Source: Lingula anatina
Lineage: Eukaryota; Animalia; Brachiopoda
Reading direction: 5' to 3'
NCBI GenBank assembly: GCA_051362555.1
Contig: CM120649.1
Coordinates: 2,294,001-2,358,000, forward strand
DNA: 64,000 nt
In this document: positions 12,529 through 25,179 of the stretch, in pieces
Layout: each line of letters begins with the position of its first letter
Position numbering within the stretch: the stretch's first letter is position 1
Position numbers and translations under genes: made by a program
The notes under the pieces: generated by a model
What the model saw: the letters and a program-made list of their open reading frames with translations, nothing else
Told to the model about the DNA's origin: nothing
The model's database searches: none

Positions 12529-12613
12529 AAAAAAAAAAAAATAAATAAATAAATAAATAAAAAATAAAAAATAAATAAATAAAAATAAATAAAAATAAAT
12601 AAATAAATAAAAA
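12529..12613. repeat. poly-A/(TAAA)n microsatellite
   Basis: Directly visible. Confidence 0.9.
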
Positions 12614-14276
12614 CTTCTTAGAATGATTCTCCGGGTTTAAGTTACAACGCTATCCTTCAGGAGGGACTATGTACTGTGTTAGCTGAGAATAATTTATAAT
12701 GCTACCGATAGATGTCTCTATAACTTAAGTACAGTCCCAGGCCCGTAGCCACATAGCCAGCTATTTCAAACGGGGGGGGGGGGGGGGGGGTCTTTTTCTG
12801 AAAAATTGGACCTTTTACCATTAAACCTTCGTATACCTAGAAAAACCTTTATCCAGAAGGGATATTTTCCCGTAAAAATGGATCGATATTCTTTATTGCC
12901 TTCTTTCATGTTGTGAATGAGCCTATGAAAGTTTGAGACACCGAAATTCTGTCAACCGTCACTAAAAATCAAGTTGCTTTTGATGACGAATCAAGATTTT
13001 TGTTCTCCATCGATGGTCAAATAAGAGTCCTTAGACATGTTGCAAAATGTCTCTTGCAGGATTGGGTGCAGGGTATTATTGACTGAAGTGCCGGGTCAGT
13101 CCGTATTTGGAAAGCATTCCATGCCCATGATTTTGGTACATTGTTCCTTCTGGAACAGAACGTTATTTGGGCATTTAGCATGAAGTGGACACATAAAATG
13201 GCTTCGGCGAATTTTCAAACGCTTATAGTGTACTTCTCATTGGACTCCTACGAATTAATTTGCAACTTATAAAGACGATAGTAATGGTCTAAACATACAT
13301 GAGTGCTGGGTAGGTTGCGCAATAAAGTCGCCATATTTGCGGTATCATTGCACTAAAAAAATGGGTCTTCAGTGCCCTATGCACAAAATAACACCAAAGA
13401 AGCAAATGTCTCCAGATATTGGCAAAGAAAATGGCATGATCGTGCTTAGAAGAGTTCTTTCTTTTAACTTTGTCAATGTGTAGTGCATTTATCAGTCTGG
13501 ATATGCATTAATATGATTATATGCGGGTTTTTTTCAATACCAGAGATTAAATAAAACATTTGTTTAAGACATTGTTTGCTGTATAACTTTACGCATTGCA
13601 TTAGGAGTGACACACATTTCGGTGCAGGAATACATGATTAGTACAGTGGTTTCCATAGAAGTGAAAAAGTGCAATATTATATATTAAAAAAACAAACAAA
13701 CAAATGTAACATAATTTACATGTAGTAAGATCCTAATGCAATTAAAAAAGCAGCGTGTCAAGCAGCACTTGTGTCCATCGCATGCGGGAATTTATCCCCT
13801 GTAGGCTGCAGCAATATAGTAATCATTATAAACTGATTAAATGCACTTAATGTAGAGCTCTACCGGTACATAAGAACCGAACATGACATTTTACTCTACT
13901 AATCATTGTGCTGTTTACCGAACTGAAACCCTGGATATGCTGATACTTCTTAAGGTATAATTGGATGCCCTGGATTCTCAGTCTGATACCCCAGGGCTAT
14001 CCAACTGCTACCTGTGGGTCTCAGTTTGGACCCTACTGCTGGATTCCTCTAAAGGCCTCAGGATTAATCCCCTGTTTCCCTTAGTGTATGGTGACACCAA
14101 ATTATGAGTATATGTATATATGTTTTTTAACGTAAAAATAAAGCTGTGCCGTTAATATAGCCCTGATTACTATAATATATAAATATACATTTTTTATACG
14201 TCGGTTACTGGGCATTAATTGGTAATAAGCCCTTCTCTTGTTGCTCAGTCATTCTACAGTTATACAATATAGTGTC

Positions 14277-16904
14277 ATGGCGCGATCGGCCACAATCGCT
14301 GCTTGCTTCATTGGACTTTGCGTGAGTCTCGTGTTGCTGTTGGCACGGAGTAGGAATCTTATAGGTAGGTGGCATGATAAACGGAACATTTTGAATATAA
14401 CATTTGTCCATATTTACTGCCATGATATTCAAATTGACGATGAAAGAGGTTCATCTCACCCTTGTCACTAATGGCTCTAAAATCACCTTAAATGGCTTAA
14501 AAGAAGCACCTATGGCCGATATGAAAGCAACATAACTCTTGTACAAAATCAAATAGGATCAGTGGTGGCTTTTGGTGCTGTGAGATGCCATAGAATGTTG
14601 TAAATATGTAAAATCTACTTGCAAAGAACACGAAAATCCATTCGCTGCGGCTGTTATCTGCTTTCGATCCGTAATATTGTGCAAAATACTATGGTTTCTT
14701 GGGTCCTTTGAGAATGCCAAAAAATTTGGGAAATTATTCTGTCAGGATTAATTCGTTGGAGCACTTGGCTCACTAGTATAGACCTTTCACTGTTGCTACA
14801 CCTAAGAATGGAATTTATTGCCACTTTTACTGCGTAGTATAGTCTCTCCAGCCAAAGGGAGGCAAAACTATTAAAAATTATGAATAGAGCTTTTATTAAT
14901 CCCTGTTTTAAGTTGGTGATCAAATAAGGTTTCAATTTCTAAATTATTTGTTTTAATTAATTTCCCTATTTTAATCTATTTTTCGGGCCTTTTTATTTTA
15001 TTTTTTTCTTTTTATTGAAAAGCCTACTGAAAAATCTGTATTTTAGACTCAAAAGAAATATTATAATAATAATAATTATTTATTTATTCTAATTATTTGT
15101 TTGTGATAATACTCTCTTCTAAACCAGCAAAATATCGTTAAGTTTTAAGATTTGCACTTTCTCGGATTATACATATATACGTAACAAGTGGTTTATGCTG
15201 GTTATTCCGCTATATTGTGTTTTCCAGATTCTATCACTCCACATTTGAATCCCAGCAGGGAAGTTAAAGAGAGCACTAGTTATTTGTCCAGAATTATTCA
15301 GCAGGTAACATTTTAATTAATTTTCGATTTTTGACACACACTCAGATACTGTGTTATATGAGAGAAACTGGAGTAGGTTCTTATATACTTGGGATAAACG
15401 CACGACAAGACATAGAATGAAATAGTTCTGTCAGTTCTGCTGAAAATGTCATGCGATAGTCTTCATGATGGCGTATATCATGTACTAGTTTTGGCCATGG
15501 TAAATCGATACTAAAATTGACTTTCTAAATAAGGGGGCTCTCTCATATTAGCTTGAGTACATGTACTTTTTTAACGACAGTGACTGATGATCAAAATATA
15601 TCATGCAATAATATATGTAATTCATTCTTTAGTGAAATCTTTGCTGTTATTTTGATCGAAGCGTTACAAATATGCTAACAAAGCGTTGCGTTTAGTAAAG
15701 CACACTCTGTGACGCTTGGACTTTTACGACGAAAGGTACCCACTTGCGACTTGTTAAGAAACTACGTCACGTTTTTTGGGACGCAACTCTTCGAAAACGA
15801 ACATGATTATCTCCATTTTTTTTCAAATATTTCACTTTATGCTGGGTAGATTTTGTCTTACAATATTTCACAAAATCGCTGGGGAAGAAATGGTGTTTCT
15901 GAAATATGAAATATGCACTTTATATTGGCCTAATCTCTTACTTTCGCTATTCTTTCTATTAGGGTATCCGTGTTATCCCCATTGGCAGTCAAGATAAAAA
16001 ACCTATTTAGTCTCTTAAGAGACGGTTAAGCAAAACAACTTTACATAGTTATATTTATCTTCTCCTTCAGAAATTTCACTGGGATAGAGTTCCTCGGGCA
16101 TGGGTGAACACTATAAACCGAAGAAGGCAAATGATGTTTCAGATGTGCAAGGATCTGAATGAACCCATTGAAGAAGATACGCCCATAAGTGTATCCAAAC
16201 AACAAATTCCTGACAGAAACTACGTCGACGACATCTACCGGATAATTCTGTGTCCAATCTCAAAGACAGCCAGCAGATCCTGGCTTAAGATATATTTCAA
16301 ACTGAATGGACAGATGAACACTTCTGTAGAATACAACCAAATGCCTCGCCCGTATTTCGAACCATACGTACGTAAGCTGAAGACGTACACTGATTTTGGT
16401 ATCCATGGTCGTGTGAACAGTTACCTCAAAATAATGACAGTCCGTCACCCTCTGGTACGTCTTGTGTCAGCATACAAAGAACAGGTGGTACCACCCCATG
16501 GGCTGTTAAATGGTGCATTGGAGAAATTTAACATAAAAGGAAGACACACGAGGGACGGCAATAAAACACGTACAGTTACATTTGACGATTTTCTGCATTT
16601 TATCCTCCAACGTCCAAATATCCATTGGAATGAATTCAATACGTTTTGTGCTCCTTGCAAAATACAGTATGACCTCGTTGCGTATTTCGAGACAATGGCA
16701 GAGGACCTCAAAAACACTCTCATTCTCCTGGGCGCAGACGACATGATCCAACTCCCGCCTTCACATCGTGCAAATCAAACGTCGTCTGACGATGAAGCAC
16801 GGCAGTTCTATCAGGGGGTAGACAGGGACCTTTTGAAGCAAGTCATGGCAAAGTATTGGGTAGAAGAAAAGTATTTTGGATATAACATGAGCTTGTTTTC
16901 ATAA
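14277..16904 (+). CDS. Carbohydrate sulfotransferase (HNK-1ST/CHST8-14 family, CHST11-like), copy 1
   Basis: Exons 14277-14364 (signal anchor MARSATIAACFIGLCVSLVLLLA), 15228-15304 and 16071-16904, with GT-AG introns in phases 1 and 0; 999 nt = 332 aa. Motifs: 5'-PSB-like CPISKTASRSW, 3'-PB VRHPLVRLVSAY, and HW...CAPCKIQYD (Sulfotransfer_2). Confidence 0.92.
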
Positions 16905-17160
16905 ACTAAACAACGCCAGTGTAATAGCTTTATGAAGAATCTTGATAATGAAGTTTACAAACCGGGGCTCTGATAGTGGTAATAACATTGGAAGACACAG
17001 GTATTTGTATTACGCTTGTAGACATGGGTATTTGTAATTGGATAAAACAGAATATAAAATACTGGGTACATTGTATGGGTACAGAAATGTTTATTATTAC
17101 AGAATTAAAATGAAATGTGATCTTAACTTATGGAGATGCGTGGTCACAAGTACCTGAGAC

Positions 17161-17272
17161 CCAAAAAACACATTACGTTATTACAACGTTACAATAACGT
17201 TAATTTTCAAAAAGAAAAAAAAAAGTGTTATGACCATGTTATAGTAACGTTATAAAACGTTATGTGTTTGGG
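17161..17272. mobile_element. Short palindromic MITE remnant present downstream of every sulfotransferase copy
   Basis: CCCAAAAAACACATTACGTTATTACAACGTTAC ... GTAACGTTATAAAACGTTATGTGTTTGGG. Counterparts at ~22443, 27074, 32476, 38298, 43274 and 48469. Confidence 0.6.
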
Positions 17273-18489
17273 GAGGGATAGCTTGAAATATTTGAATGCA
17301 TACTGAACAAAGTTCAAGGGCTACGGTTTTTTGTGACAACATCCAGCCCCGCGTAATAATAATAAGTAATAATAGTAAGTTTATTAACACATAACAACCA
17401 CAAGGTGAAGTTATACAATAAATGTAATTAAAACATTTACTTTAAATAAGGGATATATATATATACTAAGACCAAAAATAAATAAAACAAGAACTTCTGA
17501 AATTTTGATAAAAGCTAAGGGATAAAATAAAATATATACAATAAACACCAAGATGACTTCCAAAATAAAACACAAACTACGAAAAGTTCGTTACGGTAAA
17601 GGGTCTCGCATAGTATTTGCATTTGTCGAAATGCACCCTTGTCACATTTTTTTTCAAAAGTAAATGAGAAATACCTTTTATTATTTCTATGATATCCTTT
17701 TTTTTCATGTACATATATGTGAGATTGGACATTGCTTGCATTTATTTTACAGAAAAAGAAACGTGAATTGCTGACTGTCCTCACTCTCTCTGTCGCCCCC
17801 TCTCTCTTTCTCTTAGATAATCGCAAAGGAATTCCTGACAATTTTTGCGAAATTGAGAGTGCTATTCCTTAGGAGCATCATTTTTCTTTATAATTTCTGT
17901 CCCAAGGAACGCTGCCCATAAAATTGATGACGTGTCGTCCCGCTGTGTTATTTCACCAGTTAAAGGACCTTTTTGAGCATGCCATGACGACCGCGAGATC
18001 GTCTGTTTCTTCATAAGTTTCGCGTTCTCTCTAAGCTTCATACATGGCCTCGTCCTTAATCTTCAAGTTTTTTCTTCACCTACAGCGTGTTCCTGTACGT
18101 TTTGGTACGGTGTCGGTAGTTTTCAGTGTCAAAGTGTGTAACAAATGATAAAAGGCTGTCAGAATGTCACCTTTGTCTTGGCATTTGTCACTGATTATTG
18201 GCTACCCCTGCGTAAAAGGTGTATTAATGTGATCATATGTGTGGAATTTCATGTCAGATGGACACATAAAGATCTAAAAATTCTTCACAATATTAAAAAA
18301 ATACATCTTTGCACAGCAGTCGTAGATAGTTACGATTAAGCTGTTAGTTACAAACTACTTCCTAGTTTTCATAAGGTCCTTCAAGACCTCTAAAACATCG
18401 TAATAATTGCAGCACATACCACAAAACACTCAAAAATGCTTAGATAAAGAACGCCAAGGGAAAATAATCCTTGCGAGGCTGTAAATCGT

Positions 18490-18729
18490 TATCATGTGGA
18501 ATTTTTGATTACTGCAACAGCAACTTGTTCGGAATACCTAACTATCAAAAGAAAAAAAATCAATATATTCAGAATTCAGCAGCTCGTCTCCTTCTAAACC
18601 CAGAAGGCCCACCACATTACGTGATTCTTACATTTACACCAGTTCTCAACGGTCTTCATTGGTTATCCACATGCAGCCTCAAAGAATAGTCTATAAGATA
18701 TTATTCTTACTTTACATGAAAAATATAAT

Positions 18730-18735
<6 letters not shown>
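18490..18735 (+). mobile_element. L2/CR1-group LINE fragment (RT C-terminal region)
   Basis: Translates to DYCNSNLFGIP...QYIQNSAARLL...TPVLNGLHWL, the conserved end of L2/CR1-type ORF2. Confidence 0.75.

Positions 18736-18803
<68 letters not shown>
18736..18803. repeat. (TA)n microsatellite
   Basis: Directly visible; others at ~25108-25178, 35283-35322 and 63476-63550. Confidence 0.9.
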
Positions 18804-18807
<4 letters not shown>

Positions 18808-19143
18808 GACATATGTGACATTTTCTGTTTAACCTTAAGAATGGCATTCAGGGTGACCCTTATTTTGGTGCAGGAGTACACGATTACCACAGTGATTTCC
18901 ATACCATAGAAGTAAAAATTGCAATATTATATTTAAAAAAATGTTACAGAATTTATACGCAGTAAGCACCTGAATGTAATTAAAAAAACAACACATATAG
19001 TAACATGTGCGTCCATCGCATACGGCAATAATCCCCTATATACAGGCTGCAGCAATGTAGTGTTCAATATTAGGCATTAATTGGTAATAAGCCCTTTTCT
19101 TGTTGTACAGTCATTCTACCCAGATAGCATTCTACCCAGCGTC

Positions 19144-20076
19144 ATGGCGCGATCAACAACAATCGCTGCTTGCTTAATTGGACTTTGCATGAGTGTCGTT
19201 TTGCTGTTGGCACGAAGTAGGAATCTCATAGGTAGGTGGCATGATTAATGAAACGTTTTCGAATATAACATTTGTCCAAATTTACTGCCATGATATTCAA
19301 ATTGACGAATAAAGAGGTTTAGCCCTTCCTTGTCGTAAAGGGCTTTAAATTCATCTTGAATGGCTTAAAAGAAGCACCAGTGACAGATATGACAGCCACG
19401 GGTGTGGAAAACGCCTTGTACAAAATCCAAGATGATCATTGATGGCTTCTGGTGCTGTGAGAATGTTGTAAATATGCAAAATCTACTTGAAATGAAATTA
19501 AAAATGCATACGCTGCGGCTGTTATCTCTTTTTAATGCGTTATATTGTGTAAATTGCTATGGTTTCTTGAGACCTTTGGGAATACCAAAAATTCGGGAAT
19601 TTATTCTGTCAGGATTAATTCGTTGCAGCACTTTGCTCACTAGTGTAGACCTTTTGAATCGCCCCACCTAGGGAAGGAATTTATTCTCACTTTTAGTTCG
19701 TACATGTAGTATAGACTTTCCAGTCACTTTTAAAAGGGGACAAAATATAAAGGGGAAAAATATGAATAGTTTTATTAATGCCTTTGTAGGTTGCTGATCA
19801 TGTAAAATTTCGCTTTCTACATTACTTAACTTTTTTTAAAAATGAATTTTCCTCTTTTGATCTATTTTTACTGGCCTTTTTATTATTATTTTTCGCGTCT
19901 TATTGTAAAGTCTACTGAACAAAACTGGATTTTAGACTCATTATTGGACGTTGGAGGATAAAATGCAGAAAATCGTCAAATGTAACTGTACGTGTTTTAT
20001 TGCCGTCCCTCGTGTGTCTTCTTTTTATGTTAAATTTCTCCAATGCACCATTTAACAGTCTAAAATCATTATTATT

Positions 20077-20107
<31 letters not shown>

Positions 20108-22183
20108 GTTTATTTATTTCTGGTCACAGTCTCCTCCAAACCACGCAAAATATTGTCAAGTTTTAAGATTTGCATTTTCTCGGATTATACATATTTACGT
20201 AACAAGTGGTTTGTGCTGGCAGTTCCGCCATATTGTATTTTCCAGATTCTATCACCCCACATTTGAATCCCAGCAGGGAAGTTAAAGAGAGCACTTATTA
20301 TCTGTCCAGAGTTATTCAGCAGGTAACATTTAAATTAATTTTCAATTTTGGACACACACTTACATGCTGTTTTATGTATGAGAGAGGCTGGATAAGGTTC
20401 TTATATACAGTACTTGGGATAAACGCACGACGAGACATAGACCCCATTCCCAGAGATTAGATCGATACAACTAGATCGACCTAACTCCCTGGGGGTTCAC
20501 GCTAAATAGCTGTCAGCCGAGCGGGCACGAAGGTTAATTACCCCCTTACAGCTTGTAGTAGGCGGGACGGACATTTAAGCCTGACTATCTGACAGTAATC
20601 TAGAGATACTCCCCACGGGGATAGATCGATCTAAAAATTATGGGAATGTGCCCATAGAATGAAATAGTGAACCCTGTCAGTTCTGCTAAAAATGTCATGA
20701 GATAGTCCTCATGATGGCGTATATCATGTACTAGTTTTAGCCATGGTAAATTGATACTTAAATTGACAAATTTAAGGAGGATCTCTCATATTAGCTTGAG
20801 TACATGTACTGTTTTGAGAAAGTGACTAATGATCAAAATATATCATGCAATAATATATGTAATTCATTCTTTAGTGAAATCTTTGCTGTTATTTTCATCG
20901 AAGCGTTACAAATAAACTAACAAAACGTTGCGTTTAGTAAAGCACACTCTGTGTCGCTTGGACTTTAACGACGAAAGGTACCCACTTTTCGACTTTTTTT
21001 ACAAACTACGTCACTTTTTTTTTGGGACGCAAATCTTCGAAAACGAACAGGATTATCTCCATTTTTTCATATATTTTACTATATACTGGGTAGATTTTGT
21101 CTTACAATATTTCACAAAATCGCTGGGGAAGAAATGGTGTTTCTGAAATATGAAATATGTCTTGATATTGGCCTAATCACTTACGTTCGCTATTCTTTCT
21201 ATTAGGGTATCCGTGGTATCCCCATTGGCAGTGGCTGGACCTCTTACGCAATGCCCTTCTTTGTCATCAAGATAAAAAACCTATTTTGTCTCTTAAGAGA
21301 CGGTCAAGCAAAACGATTTTTTAACAGTTATATTTATCTTCTCCTTCAGAAATTTCACTGGGATAGAGTTCCTAGGGCATGGGTGAACACTATTAACCGA
21401 AGAAGGCAAATGATGTTTCAGATGTGCAAGGATCTGAATGAACCCATTGAAGAAGATACGCCCATAAGTGTATCCAAACAACAAATTCCTGACAGAAACT
21501 ACGTCGACGACATCTACCGGATAATTCTGTGTCCAATCTCAAAGACAGCCAGCAGATCCTGGCTTAAGATATATTTCAAACTGAATGGACAGATGAACAC
21601 TTCTGTAGAATACAACCAAATGCCTCGCCCGTATTTCGAACCATACGTACGTAAGCTGAAGACGTACACTGATTTTGGTATCCATGGTCGTGTGAACAGT
21701 TACCTAAAAATAATGACAGTCCGTCACCCTCTGGTACGTCTTGTGTCGGCGTACAAAGAACAGGTGGTACCACCACACGGGCTGTTAAATGGTGCATTGG
21801 AGGAATTTAACATAAAAAGAAGACGCACGGGGGACGGCAATAAAACACGCACAGTTACATTTGAAGATTTTCTGCATTTTATCATCCAACGACAAAATAT
21901 TCATTGGAATGAATTCAATACGTTTTGTACTCCTTGCAAAATGCAGTATGATCTCGTTGTGTATTTCGAGACAATGGCAGAGGACCTCAAAAACACTCTC
22001 ATTCTCCTGGGCGCAGACGACATGATCCAACTCCCGCCTTCACATCGTGCAAATCAAACGTCGTCTGACGATGAAGCTAGGCAGTTCTATCAGGGGGTAG
22101 ACAGGGAGCTTTTGAAGCAAGTTATGGCAAAGTACTGGGTTGAGGAGAAGTATTATGGATATAACATGAGCTTGTTTTCATAA
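19144..22183 (+). CDS. Carbohydrate sulfotransferase (CHST11-like), copy 2
   Basis: Exons 19144-19231, 20246-20322 and 21350-22183; same lengths, phases and motifs as copy 1. Confidence 0.92.
19944..20058 (-). other. Inverted 115-bp copy of sulfotransferase exon 3 inside intron 1 of copy 2
   Basis: Reverse complement of 16503-16617, with one mismatch seen. Confidence 0.9.
20440..20653. mobile_element. PIF/Harbinger-like MITE, family A (copy 3)
   Basis: 214-bp insertion in intron 2 of copy 2 with a 3-bp ATA duplication. Copy 1 shows the empty site (GACATAGAATG, ~15409). Confidence 0.88.
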
Positions 22184-24214
22184 ACTAAACAACGCCAGTG
22201 CAATAGCTTTATGAAGAATCTTGATAATGAAGTTTACAAACCGGGGCTTTGATAGTGGTAATAAAATTGGGAGACACGGGTATTTGTATTTCGCTTGTAG
22301 ACATGGGAATTTGTATTTGGATAAAACAGAATATAAAATACTGGGTACATTGTATGGTTACAGAAATGTTTATTATTACAGAATTAAAATGAAATGTGAT
22401 CTTAATTAACTCATGGAGATGCGTGTTCACAAGTACTTGAGACCCATCAAAAACAAACGTCATTATAACGTTACCATAACGTCAATTTTACCAAAAAAAC
22501 AAAATGTTATGGCCACGTTATAGTAACGTTATAATACGTTATGTGTTTGCCGGGGATAGCTTGAAATATTTGAATGTCTACTGAAGAAATATCAAGGGCT
22601 ATGGCTTTTGTGACAACATCCAGCGCCGTGTAATAATAATAAGTCATAATAATAGGTTTATTAACGCATACCTGCCACAAGTTGAAGTTGTACATTAAAT
22701 GTAATTAAATCATTTATATTAAATATGGGATATACACTAAGACCAAAAATAAATAAAACGCAAACTTCTAAAAGTTTGATAAAAGATAAGGGGATAAAAT
22801 AAAATATATACAATAAAGACCAAGATGAGTTAAAAAAAACACTAAGTGATAAAGAATGAGTTAAACGTTCTGAATTTTTGACACTAAAATTTGACTGGCT
22901 TTGCTTTAGTCGCACAAGTGTCGCACATAGGGTTTTAAGATGACGAAGATCACAGAGACATTCGCCTGTCACAAAGAGTATTTATCATGGACGTCAATTT
23001 GTGCCTGGTCGTCTGAAATGGGATGCAGCGATTCTTACAGAAGCATACAAGAGGTAAATGTTACAGAGAAGGCAGCTGATTGTTCCTTCTGGAACAGAAC
23101 GTTATTGGGGAATTTTGCATGAAGTGGACACAGAAAATGGCTTCGGGGAATTTTCAAGCTCTTACAGTGTGCTTCTTATTGGACTCATACGAATTAATTT
23201 GCAACTTATGAAGACGATAGTAATGGTCTAAACATACATGAGTGCTGGGTAGGTTGCAAAATAATAACGCCATATTTGCGGTGTCATTGCACTCAAACAA
23301 ATGGGTCTTCAGTGCCCTATGCACAAAATAACACGAAAGAAGCAAATGTCTCCAGATATTGGCAAAGAAAATGGCATGATCGTGCTTAGAAGAGTTCTTT
23401 TAACTTTGTCAATGTGTAGTGCATTTATCAGTCTGGATATGCATTAATATGATTATATGCGGGTTTTTTTCAATACCAGAGATTAAATAAAACATTTGTT
23501 TAAGACCTGGTTTGCTGTATAACTTTACGCATTGCATTAGGAGTGACACACATTTCGGTGCAGGAATACATGATTAGTACAGTGATTTCCATAGAAGTGA
23601 AATATTGCAATATTATCTATTAAAAAAAAAAACAACAAACAAATGTAACATAATTTATATGCAGTAAGATCCGAATGCAATTAAAAAAGCAGCGTGTCAA
23701 GCAGCACTTGTGTCCATCGCACACGGGAATTTATCCCCTGTAGGCTGCAGCAATATAGTAAATATTATAAACTGATTAAATGCACTTAATGTAGAGCTCT
23801 ACCGGTACATAAGAACCGAACATGACATTTTACTCTACTAATCATTGTGCTGTTTACCGACCTGAAACCCTGGATATGCTGTTACTTCTTAGGGTATCAT
23901 TTGAATGCCCTGGACTCTCAGTCTGATACCCCAGGGCTATCCAACTGCTACCTGTGGGTCTCAGTTTGGACCCTACTGCTGGATCCTTCTAAAGGCCTCA
24001 GGATTAATCCCCTGTTTCCCTTAGTGTATGGTGACACCAAATTATGAGTATATGTATATATGTTTTTTAACGTAAAAATAAAGCTGTGCCGTTAATATGG
24101 CCCTGATTACTATAACATATATTTTTTAGATGTCGGTTACTGAGCATTAATTGTTCATAAGCCCTTTTCCTGTTTCTCAGTCATTCTACGCTTATATAAT
24201 ACATGTATAGTGTA

Positions 24215-25104
24215 ATGGCGAGATCGGCAACAATTGCTGCTTGCTTCATAGGACTTTGCGTGAGTCTCGTGTTGCTGTTGGCACGGAGTAGGAATCTCAT
24301 AGGTAGGTGGCATGATTAATGAAACATTCTCGAATATAACATTTGTCCAAATTTACTGCCATGATATTGAAGTTGACGATGAAAGAGGTTTAGCCCTTTC
24401 TTGTCGTAAAGGTCTTTAAATTCATCTTGAATGGATTAAAAGAAGCACCAGTGACTGATATGAGAGCCACGTGTGTGGGAAACGCCTTGTAAAAAATCCA
24501 AGAGGATCGTCAGTAGCTTTTGGTGCTGTGAGAATCTTGTAAATATGCAAAATCTACTTGCACTGAAAATAAAAATCCATGCGCTGCAGCTGGTAAGTTT
24601 TAGATACTTTATAAAGTGCAAAATGCTATGGTTTCTTGAGACCATTGAGAATGCCAACAAATTCGGGGATTCATTCTGTCAGGATTAATTCATTGCAGCA
24701 ATTGTTTCACTAGTGTAGACTTTTTTTTTTACTGTCGCCACACCTAGAAATGAAATTTATTGCCACTTTTACTGTGTAGTATACACTCTCCAGCCAAAGG
24801 GAACGCAAGACTATAAAAAATATGAATGGAGCTTTTTTAAAAGACTGTTTCAAGTTGGTGATCAAGTAACGTTTCAATTTCTTAATTATATGTTTTGATT
24901 AATTTCCCTGTTTTAATCTATTTTTTAGGGCCATTTTATTATTTTTCACGTTTTATTGTAAAGTCTTCTGAAAAATCTGTATTTTAGACTCACAAGAAAT
25001 ATAAATATGACTATAATTATTATATTTTAATTATTAATTTGTGATAATACTCTCCTCTAAACCATGCAAAATACCGTTAAGTTTTAAGATTGGCAATTTC
25101 TCGG

Positions 25105-25179
<75 letters not shown>

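Noticed and set aside
16104-16106. ORF-track start of the 266-aa sulfotransferase ORFs
   Set aside because: The codon is GTG (Val) inside exon 3; the true start is the signal-anchor exon about 1.8 kb upstream.
16445-16751. Antisense ORFs repeated in each copy (MSSAPRR..., MDHVVCAQ...)
   Set aside because: Shadows of exon 3, repeated only because the gene is duplicated.
17955-18080. Minus-strand coding-like stretch (LKIKDEAMYEA*RERETYEETDDLAVVMACSKRSF)
   Set aside because: Short, interrupted by a stop, and I cannot assign it to a family with any confidence.
21251-21349. N-terminal extension of the 310-aa ORF (MPFFVIKIK...)
   Set aside because: It is intron 2 read through the acceptor at 21349, and the frame is closed or shifted in the other copies.
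22209-22463. Recurrent ORFs after the stop codon (MIMKFTNRG..., MTFVFDGSQ...)
   Set aside because: 3' UTR sequence with non-ATG or variable starts and ends and no recognisable domain; recurrence reflects recent duplication.
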